A stretch of 64,000 nt of DNA, taken from a virus. The stretch spans positions 1-64,000 of the IMG/VR virus record IMGVR_UViG_3300009365_003824; one strand, 5' to 3'. The notes under the pieces were generated by a model. That model was not told the DNA's origin and did not search any database. It saw only the letters and a list, made by a program, of their open reading frames with translations. Shown here piece after piece: positions 54,624 through 62,015 of the stretch. Every line of letters starts with the position of its first letter. Position 1 is the stretch's first letter. The position numbers and the translations under genes are program-made.

Positions 54624-55391
54624 ATGTTATCATACGAAAAATGGAAAGTGATTAGTGAGTCTATGGGTGGAGCAATTCCTCTTGGTATTAAAACTCCCGA
54701 AACTATCGGAGTGGTTGGAAATATCACAGAGCCAGTTGAGCCTCTTGACTTTGAAGCTGAACTTGAGGAAGCTAAGAAATGCCTTAAGAAAAAAATGGAC
54801 GGCGACGTTCCATCTCCTGATGATGAAGGTGGAGATAAGCCTCCTTTCCTTAAGAAAAAAGGAAGTCCAGATGATGCCGAAGCCGATGATGGCGGCGAAG
54901 AACCGGGCGGCGATGAAGATGAAAGCGGCGATGAGCCTTCAGGTGATGCTGATGCTGGTTCCGATGACTCTTCTGATTCCGATTCCGATTCCAGTGGTGA
55001 CGATGAAAAAGTAGATCCAAAAGCAAAACCCACTTTATTCCAAAAGAAAAAGCAAAAGAAGGGCATGAAGAAGAATATGAAAAAGGAAGACAACGAATTC
55101 CTTAGTCGCTTCAAAAGCCTGCATAAGCAATTGGGATATGATCCTAACCAAAGACATTGGGATGGACTTAGTGAAGATGCTGTATATCCCGAATCAGACC
55201 CGAATCAAGGTCTGGCTGATATACAACCGGAAGTACCAGACAATCCGCAGCCCGGTGAAGTAGGATTTTCTCCTTACAGTAAAGTGGCAGGTTTGGGTGC
55301 TGAATATGAAGAGTCTACAAAAAATCTTGTAGATGCCATACTCAACGACTCAAGAGTGCCAGAAGAAGTTAAAAATGATTTGCGTGGTTAA
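54624..55391 (+). CDS. acidic/basic low-complexity protein with capsid-targeting-like N-terminus (possible core/scaffold-like)
   Basis: MLSYEKW..ISES; D/E/S tract then K tract. Confidence 0.65.
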   Translation: MLSYEKWKVISESMGGAIPLGIKTPETIGVVGNITEPVEPLDFEAELEEAKKCLKKKMDGDVPSPDDEGGDKPPFLKKKGSPDDAEADDGGEEPGGDEDESGDEPSGDADAGSDDSSDSDSDSSGDDEKVDPKAKPTLFQKKKQKKGMKKNMKKEDNEFLSRFKSLHKQLGYDPNQRHWDGLSEDAVYPESDPNQGLADIQPEVPDNPQPGEVGFSPYSKVAGLGAEYEESTKNLVDAILNDSRVPEEVKNDLRG

Positions 55392-56305
55392 ATATAATCG
55401 CGTATTCCGTCCATAAGACTATACTCAGGGGAAAAGCCCAAGATTTCTTGGGCTTTTTTCATGTCTGTATGAACATTGTCTTGGTAGGTCTTTGGATCGG
55501 GATTTTCAACATATTCAATTTTCTTAAATGGCTCTCTGGGTCGTGGCATCTTCGTCTTTAAATGCAGTTGTAATGCCCCTACAACCTCATTGAAGCTAAT
55601 AGGATCGCCAGTTGCACAATTAAATATAGCAGTTCCATTGAATTCAGCAGCAAGCAGGTTGGCTCTTACCGCATCTTTCACATAAAGCCACTCTCTTTTT
55701 TCTTCCCCATTTCCGAACAATACAGGGGCTTCGCCTCGTTTTATTTTATTGGCCAGCTTTGTAATCATGCTCATTCTAGGCCCTTTGTGCTCTTCTCCTG
55801 GGCCATACACATTGCAGTATCTCAAACCTACAATTGAAATGTCGGGATGTCTTGAGGCAAATGATATTGCGTATTGATCTAGCCTATATTTGGACATTCC
55901 ATAGACATTCAGTGGATTACATTCGTCTGTTTCTTTGAATGGGTCGTGATCTTTGGTGAATCCTCTACCATAGACAGCAGTTGATGAGGCATAAACGAAT
56001 TTACAACAATTGCTGTTTAGTTTGAGTGCGTTAAAAAGATCCGTAGTTGCATATAGATTTGAACGCAACATTAAGTTATGATCGGTCTCTGTTGTCTTGT
56101 TGTTGGCGGCTTGGTGGAAACAAACATCCACCCCCTCGACACGTCGCCAATCTATGCCATTCAAATCGTGTGGCAAAAATTCGGTTCCTTCAGGAACTCT
56201 TTCAGGACAACTCCCAGTAACTAGAACCTCATGGCCTTGTTTTACAAGTTCTGAAGCTAAGTGGTGTCCAACGAAGCCCGTTCCGCCAGTAACTAATGCT
56301 TTCAT
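55388..56305 (-). CDS. NAD-dependent epimerase, ADP-L-glycero-D-manno-heptose-6-epimerase (GmhD/HldD)-like
   Basis: TGGTGFVG, YASS.AVYG, PLNVYGMSK, GLRY.NVYGP.E.HKG, YQ. Confidence 0.8.
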   Translation of the reverse strand: MKALVTGGTGFVGHHLASELVKQGHEVLVTGSCPERVPEGTEFLPHDLNGIDWRRVEGVDVCFHQAANNKTTETDHNLMLRSNLYATTDLFNALKLNSNCCKFVYASSTAVYGRGFTKDHDPFKETDECNPLNVYGMSKYRLDQYAISFASRHPDISIVGLRYCNVYGPGEEHKGPRMSMITKLANKIKRGEAPVLFGNGEEKREWLYVKDAVRANLLAAEFNGTAIFNCATGDPISFNEVVGALQLHLKTKMPRPREPFKKIEYVENPDPKTYQDNVHTDMKKAQEILGFSPEYSLMDGIRDYI

Positions 56306-56341
56306 GATCGCCTCTATTTATGTTGGTTTAATAGAGGGAAG

Positions 56342-56494
56342 TTATTGTTTTTTTGAATGAAATACTTCGGGACGGGGTGCCCATTGGGGGCCTTTTCGCT
56401 CTTTTCCACCAACTCTGAGACGATCCATCTTGTCAGTTATTTCTTTTTTATTTATACTCTGTTCTTGGAGAGCTAACCATTGCTTAAAAGTCAT
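56342..56494 (-). CDS. 50-aa capsid-targeting-like protein MTFKQWLALQE... (not in ORF track)
   Basis: Open frame of 51 codons; TAGATA 5 nt before ATG. Confidence 0.7.
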   Translation of the reverse strand: MTFKQWLALQEQSINKKEITDKMDRLRVGGKERKGPQWAPRPEVFHSKKQ

Positions 56495-56504
56495 ATGAGT
56501 ATCT

Positions 56505-57197
56505 ATGGACACAATCAAGCATTTTGAAAATTACATCAAAGCAGGGTTTCAAGTTATCCCTTTGCATCCCAATACTAAAATTCCAATTGGCAAGAAGTGG
56601 AATGAAAATTGGAGTGAAAGAGGCGCACGTAGTCTCTTTCAATTTCACGTTGGAGCCAATTTAGGAATTTTACTGGGAACTGTTGTTGATGTTGAAGGCG
56701 ATACCATTGAAGCTAATGAATTGATTGATGAACTGATCGGTGATTATCCTCACCCTTCATATCGGGGTTCCAAGTCAACTCACCACTTATTTCAGAATCC
56801 AGATAAGGGTTTGACTAGAATATCCAAAAATGGAATTGAATTCAGGGCTTTCAAGCACCAATCTGTCCTTCCTCCTAGCATCCACCCAGATGGCTCTCAA
56901 TACAAGTGGTTGACTGACTTTTTTCCTATACCACCAATGCCTCCCGCTCTATTGGAGCTATATGGTGAATTTCAAGCAGTACCAAAAACGTGTCCTCCGA
57001 GGAAGCCGAGACATGATTTAATCATAATCCAGTGTCCTTGTTGTCATAAGAAAATAAAGATGAATCGCACGCGGTATAAACGAGAAAAGGCCGCTTTTAG
57101 GGAGAGGCGGGAAGAGTGGTGTTGCTCTAAGTGTAGAAGATTTGATATTCGTCCTTCATGTAGAAGGATCAAAAAACAGATGCGACTTAATAAATAA
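56505..57197 (+). CDS. bifunctional primase/polymerase (Prim-Pol) N-terminal domain plus zinc finger
   Basis: VIPLHP..K.P, NLGI, VDVE, H.LF, VLPPSIHPDG..Y.W; CPCC...CCSKC. Confidence 0.8.
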   Translation: MDTIKHFENYIKAGFQVIPLHPNTKIPIGKKWNENWSERGARSLFQFHVGANLGILLGTVVDVEGDTIEANELIDELIGDYPHPSYRGSKSTHHLFQNPDKGLTRISKNGIEFRAFKHQSVLPPSIHPDGSQYKWLTDFFPIPPMPPALLELYGEFQAVPKTCPPRKPRHDLIIIQCPCCHKKIKMNRTRYKREKAAFRERREEWCCSKCRRFDIRPSCRRIKKQMRLNK

Positions 57198-57201
57198 CAT
57201 C

Positions 57202-57498
57202 ATGGATTTCAAGACATTTTTTTATAAAATAGCCCCTTCTGAAAAAGAGAGGGCAGCGATACAGAAGTATCAACAAGGCACTCCAGTAATGGATATTGTT
57301 CAGGAGTTTGGATTTACTTCTATGGGTAAATTCTATGAGATGCTAAAGGAAAATGGCATTGGAGCTAATCGTTTAAAACAAAAACATGAGTTAATTGGCT
57401 ATTTCCACAATGGTGGCTATAACACGCACCAGATAGCTGATTTGGTTGATATGTCAGAACGAGCCGTTCGAGATTTTGTTCGCAAATTAAGAGACTAA
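57202..57498 (+). CDS. double-HTH protein with capsid-targeting-like N-terminus
   Basis: MDFKTFF; QIADLVDMSERAV; TAAATA 5 nt before ATG. Confidence 0.65.
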   Translation: MDFKTFFYKIAPSEKERAAIQKYQQGTPVMDIVQEFGFTSMGKFYEMLKENGIGANRLKQKHELIGYFHNGGYNTHQIADLVDMSERAVRDFVRKLRD

Positions 57499-57499
57499 C

Positions 57500-58354
57500 A
57501 TGCCAATAAAAGAAGAGATAGTTTGGGTATTATCTGGTGGCCGCTCCAATCGTAATGTAAATGATTCCTTGGGCGGTGAGCCTTCTACTACAATCATAAT
57601 GGATGGATTAAATAATCTTTTTGATGATGTAACCCGCTTAGAGATGAAACGAGGTAATGTAGACTATCGTTGTTTTTATGTTAAAAATGGCTCTAAACAA
57701 ACTTGGCAAAACATCCAGGTTTACATCAAAAGTCAAGTAGAAGATGGGGCTTTTGGGTATTTGGGAGTAGGTTTAGCAGATGAAGAACAACAATTCAGCG
57801 TAATCGCTGATGCTGATGTTACAGGTGGTTATTTTACTTTTGATTTTGACACTGATCTTAATGTTCGAGTTGATCACGATAGTGATTTAGATACATGGGC
57901 TGCTAACTTTGAAACAGCCCTTAAAGGAATCAGGCAGTTAAGAGATGTTCAGGTTACTGGCCATTATTTCCCAGATCATTCTACTCCATATTATCAAAAC
58001 AAAACATTTTACACTTTTAGAATTTTATTTTTAGGTCGTGACGGCAAGAGAAATCAATCTCTAATTGAACCAAATCAAAACAATATCACTGGAATTAACG
58101 TTAATTTATCTTCAGATAAAGTCATTTCTGGTGCCCCTTGTAATTCTGTAGCAGTCCAAGTAGCGGCAGAAAACCAACGCCCTGATAATGTGGTTTTTAA
58201 CCTGACCAGTAGGGATGCACCTATCCAGTTAGGAGATTTAAAACCTGATGAATATGTGCCAATTTGGTTGATGCGTGAGAATTTTCCTGATGACACTGAA
58301 AAAAGAAATGATAAAATTACAGTTGCTATTCGAGGCGCATCGACTGTAATATAA
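57500..58354 (+). CDS. putative virion structural protein
   Basis: SLGG...NNLFDDV...DYRCFYVKN...IWLMR pattern seen in phage tail-associated proteins. Confidence 0.6.
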   Translation: MPIKEEIVWVLSGGRSNRNVNDSLGGEPSTTIIMDGLNNLFDDVTRLEMKRGNVDYRCFYVKNGSKQTWQNIQVYIKSQVEDGAFGYLGVGLADEEQQFSVIADADVTGGYFTFDFDTDLNVRVDHDSDLDTWAANFETALKGIRQLRDVQVTGHYFPDHSTPYYQNKTFYTFRILFLGRDGKRNQSLIEPNQNNITGINVNLSSDKVISGAPCNSVAVQVAAENQRPDNVVFNLTSRDAPIQLGDLKPDEYVPIWLMRENFPDDTEKRNDKITVAIRGASTVI

Positions 58355-58379
58355 CTCTTTTAGTGTAGGAGAAATATAA

Positions 58380-58994
58380 ATGAAATGTCCAGTCACAGGG
58401 AAAATGTGTCCCAAGCCTAGAGTTTATCACGTTACTGAAATAGAAGATGGGACGGCATCTAAGCAATTAGATTTATGCCCTGATTGCTTTGCAGCCTATG
58501 TAAAGAAAGAACCAGTAGAGAAAGAACCAGAGCCACAACTTCCTGATTTGCCAAATTTAAAAAATCTCACTCCTCAAGTAGCAGATGAATTTGTGCAAGA
58601 CATGATGACGTTTGTAGAGAAAATCGTACAAAAACACCAACCTTTGGTTGTTCCACAAGATTTAAAAACATGCAAGTGCGGTTCAACGACCCTTGATATA
58701 GCTAAAACTGGAAAAATGGGATGTCCAGAGTGTTATAAAACATTTGAGGAAGAAATGCAGCCTGTGATATTCAATGCGCATTCTGGCCCTAATTCATCGG
58801 AACAAATTGAACACGTAGGGAAAAAACCCAAAAACTGGACCCCACCAGCACCACCACCTGAATCTCCAAAAATGAAAATGGTGAAACTGAACTATAAAAT
58901 GAAAATGGCCATTCAAGAAGAAGATTATGAATATGCTGCTAGGCTTAGAGATGAAATTAAAAAAATAACAGATGGACTAAAATCGGAAGATTAA
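58380..58994 (+). CDS. mcsA: McsA-like protein (zinc fingers plus UVR domain)
   Basis: LCPDC, G.MGCPECY.TF, HVGKKP, C-terminal AIQEEDYEYAARLRDEIK. Confidence 0.88.
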   Translation: MKCPVTGKMCPKPRVYHVTEIEDGTASKQLDLCPDCFAAYVKKEPVEKEPEPQLPDLPNLKNLTPQVADEFVQDMMTFVEKIVQKHQPLVVPQDLKTCKCGSTTLDIAKTGKMGCPECYKTFEEEMQPVIFNAHSGPNSSEQIEHVGKKPKNWTPPAPPPESPKMKMVKLNYKMKMAIQEEDYEYAARLRDEIKKITDGLKSED

Positions 58995-60019
58995 CCTTCT
59001 GGCAGTTCTTCTTTTAACTCCTCATCTTTGTGGGTCTCAATATATTTTAAAAACTCTCTTGGATCAATAATTCCAAATCCTTGGAAGAACTTTTTGCCAG
59101 CTTGATGTTTGTTGGCAATGTGAACTGTGTGTTCTTTCAGCAAAGCCCTGATGCCATCTACAGATTGTAACGCGCACTCTCCCTTAGCAATTAATTGACA
59201 ATCATCTCCACATATTTTGCAATCTAATTTTTGCTCTTTAGCATAAGACAACAATAATGCTGTGCATCCTACAGCAAAAGGAGCAGACTGTGAAGTGCCA
59301 GACATGACACCATACCAATCATCGGGAATACAACTTTGAATCTTACCACCTGGAGCCATGAAATCCAACATCTTACCAGTGTTGCTGAAATTAGAACGGG
59401 TGAAGTTTTTGTTAATTGAGCCTATGGCTATAGTTTCAGGATAGCGTGCTGGGTAATAAATCTCCTTGATTTTCCCAGCATTGCCTGCTGCGCAGAATAC
59501 GGGCACTCCTTTTTTTGTAGCATATTGAATAGCTTTTCTTACTTGTTGTAAGGGAAATGGTGCCCCTAGAGACATAGAAATAATATCTGCCCCATTATCT
59601 ACAGCAAACCTGATTCCTTTCGCTACATTAACAAGATCACCATCGCCAAATGAATCTAAAATCTTGACAGGCATTCCTTTAGCTTCTGGTGCGACACCTA
59701 TAATACCCACACCATTCTCGCCTGCGCACACAACCCCCATACAGTGCGTGCCGTGTCCGTTATCATCATGCGGCGGCTTTTTGGGATTAAGAATGTTGGC
59801 CCCTTTGGGCACGATTAAATTATCAACTAAATCAGGGTGATCTAGATCACAACCACTGTCTAAGATAGCAACGGTCACGCCTTTGCCTCTTGAATACTTC
59901 CATGCATTGGGAAGATCAAAGGCGGTTATTTGCCACCCTGGCCTATCCCCAGCTTGTTGTGCAGAAAGCGTCTCTACTATTTCAAAGGGAGGTAAAGAAC
60001 AGTGTCTTTTATTCGCCAT
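58991..60019 (-). CDS. subtilisin-like S8 serine protease
   Basis: VAILDSG, HGTH, AAGN, SGTSQSAP; ATG 60019 chosen. Confidence 0.93.
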   Translation of the reverse strand: MANKRHCSLPPFEIVETLSAQQAGDRPGWQITAFDLPNAWKYSRGKGVTVAILDSGCDLDHPDLVDNLIVPKGANILNPKKPPHDDNGHGTHCMGVVCAGENGVGIIGVAPEAKGMPVKILDSFGDGDLVNVAKGIRFAVDNGADIISMSLGAPFPLQQVRKAIQYATKKGVPVFCAAGNAGKIKEIYYPARYPETIAIGSINKNFTRSNFSNTGKMLDFMAPGGKIQSCIPDDWYGVMSGTSQSAPFAVGCTALLLSYAKEQKLDCKICGDDCQLIAKGECALQSVDGIRALLKEHTVHIANKHQAGKKFFQGFGIIDPREFLKYIETHKDEELKEELPEG

Positions 60020-60452
60020 CTCCTGCTTCTTCTTGTTCATCTTCCCTCCATAGACCATCTCGGTATTTTTGAACCATAAAATCTATCACATAGGAGATCC
60101 ACACGTAAATTATTAGATGCTTAACTCTCCCTGCTATTGGCTTTAGCCAAATTGGCAATACTTCTTTTATGACATGATCATATAGTATTTCTATTGCCCT
60201 TAACACCGTTGCTTTTTTATCTGGACTGTCTAAATCTACAAATTTATCAACTCTTAGAATTAATTCATCCACACAGTTGATTAAGAAAGAAACGGCCACC
60301 ATTAAACCATTGCGGCCCTTCTTCCAGAATTCCCACCATCTTTTTTGTGGTACGGGATTCTCCTCATTCCATTGCTCTGCTAACTTGAGAATCTCAGGTT
60401 CCAGCGCTGTAGTTGCCCTTCCAATAGGATTGGCTTGTGCTACTGCTTTCAT
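60009..60452 (-). CDS. hypothetical protein
   Basis: SD AGGAGG; DKKATVL...LPIWLKP; co-transcribed with protease. Confidence 0.65.
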   Translation of the reverse strand: MKAVAQANPIGRATTALEPEILKLAEQWNEENPVPQKRWWEFWKKGRNGLMVAVSFLINCVDELILRVDKFVDLDSPDKKATVLRAIEILYDHVIKEVLPIWLKPIAGRVKHLIIYVWISYVIDFMVQKYRDGLWREDEQEEAGDGE

Positions 60453-60495
60453 AATGGTATCCTCCTGTGTGTATATATTATTATGAGGTTGTGAA

Positions 60496-61401
60496 ATGAA
60501 AATATTATTCGTTACAGGTGGGGGCATTGGCAACATCATTCAAGCCACCCCAACCATCAAAGCCCTTGCTATTGAAGGACATAAGGTGGATCTTCGGCTT
60601 CACTGTAATAGTGGCGCAGACATTCGAGAGGTTTTCAATATCCCCAGTGTTCGACAGGTTTTTATAGATAAAGAACCCAAAGGCAATTATGATTGTGAGA
60701 TGCGAGGGCTTTTCATTCCAAGCAGCCTTCATGGTGCTAAAAAAACAGTTAAATGCAAAATAAGCTACGCTCAACATATCCCAGAATCAGAAGTTTATTA
60801 CAGCCTTGCAAAACAAATCGGAATCAAAGCCCCTATGGGAGATTGCGAAATAAATGTAGGTCAAAATGGGCCTATCCCAGAACACAAACACACAGTTGCT
60901 ATTTATCCTGGTTCAAAATACAACTGGGCAATGAAAAGATGGGATAAATACGATGAATTAGCCAAAAAATTCAAACATGTAGCAGTGGTTGGAACAGATA
61001 AAGACATTAACACGCATGGGAATCCCACATGGATTACTCGTTCTTGGAAATGGCCTAAGCATGTGAGATTTGCAAAAGACCCTCAACTTGTGAATGTGGC
61101 TCATTTTATTTCTAAATGCGACATGTTTATTGGCAATGATGGCGGGTTGGCTCATGTAGCAGCCGCTACTGGGATACCCACCTTTGTCCTGTTCGGTCCA
61201 TCATCGGATGTTAAAAATAAACCTAAAGCCCACAAGGCACATGTGGTAGCCATCAACTTGCCTTGTCGCCCATGTCAGTTTAAGAAAAAAAATGGAAAGT
61301 CTATTTTTGATGGCAATATAGGCAATTGCTATTTAAACATGAAGTGCATGAATGATATGTCCGTTGATTTTGTATTGAAACAAATGCGTGCTCAAATGTA
61401 A
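60496..61401 (+). CDS. GT9 (heptosyltransferase-like) glycosyltransferase
   Basis: GIGN, YPGS...KRW, FIGNDGGLAHVAAA.G.PTFVLFGPS, C.PC...C...CM. Confidence 0.9.
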   Translation: MKILFVTGGGIGNIIQATPTIKALAIEGHKVDLRLHCNSGADIREVFNIPSVRQVFIDKEPKGNYDCEMRGLFIPSSLHGAKKTVKCKISYAQHIPESEVYYSLAKQIGIKAPMGDCEINVGQNGPIPEHKHTVAIYPGSKYNWAMKRWDKYDELAKKFKHVAVVGTDKDINTHGNPTWITRSWKWPKHVRFAKDPQLVNVAHFISKCDMFIGNDGGLAHVAAATGIPTFVLFGPSSDVKNKPKAHKAHVVAINLPCRPCQFKKKNGKSIFDGNIGNCYLNMKCMNDMSVDFVLKQMRAQM

Positions 61402-62015
61402 TTGTGTTTTTCTAGCCACCAACCAAATTCATCTTCTATTAAGTTTATAGATTCCTCGGAAAGCACATTTTTGTAACTGCTTGGCCTACCATTAGTTCCT
61501 TTGGTAATATGGTTGGGGTGCAACTGAGTGATTTGACTCATTTGTTTTTTAGGAATAATTAATCCTTCAACTTTCTTATGAACTTTTTTTGGATCAACAA
61601 TTAGGTCTAATTTTCTAAGAATTGAAGTGAGGGTTCTGACTTTATTGAAATACATCTTCTCGTATCTAATTTCTAAATGAGAGTATTTCTTCCAAGGAGT
61701 GTGTTCTCTATTAACTACTCGTTTTACATACTTAACAACTTCTTCAGGTGTGTTTTCGATTAATTTTCTACGAACTGCTGAAGCTGCTATGTCTCGTAAA
61801 TCTCTTGTTGTAGTGAAAATGCGATAGGCGTGTTTGTGTTGTTTTAAAAAGTTGTGAGTTTTAATGACATGGTATTCTTCTCTTCTTGTGGAATCATACT
61901 CATTGTGAAAGCAAGAATAGAAAGGGATTTGAGCTTCCCGCAAAGAAAGCCTCAATGCATTAAATAGCCAAGTGCTTCCCGAACGATGACACCCAGCACA
62001 GATTATTTTTCGCAT
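61392..62015 (-). CDS. sulfotransferase-like protein
   Basis: GCHRSGSTW, KTH, RDLRD..AS, RYE. Confidence 0.8.
   Translation of the reverse strand: MRKIICAGCHRSGSTWLFNALRLSLREAQIPFYSCFHNEYDSTRREEYHVIKTHNFLKQHKHAYRIFTTTRDLRDIAASAVRRKLIENTPEEVVKYVKRVVNREHTPWKKYSHLEIRYEKMYFNKVRTLTSILRKLDLIVDPKKVHKKVEGLIIPKKQMSQITQLHPNHITKGTNGRPSSYKNVLSEESINLIEDEFGWWLEKHNYI

Noticed and set aside
54605-55114. Antisense and alternate-frame ORFs (e.g. 54605-55114, 30175-30639, 212-448, 41366-41671)
   Set aside because: Shadows of low-complexity or well-supported genes, without start signals.
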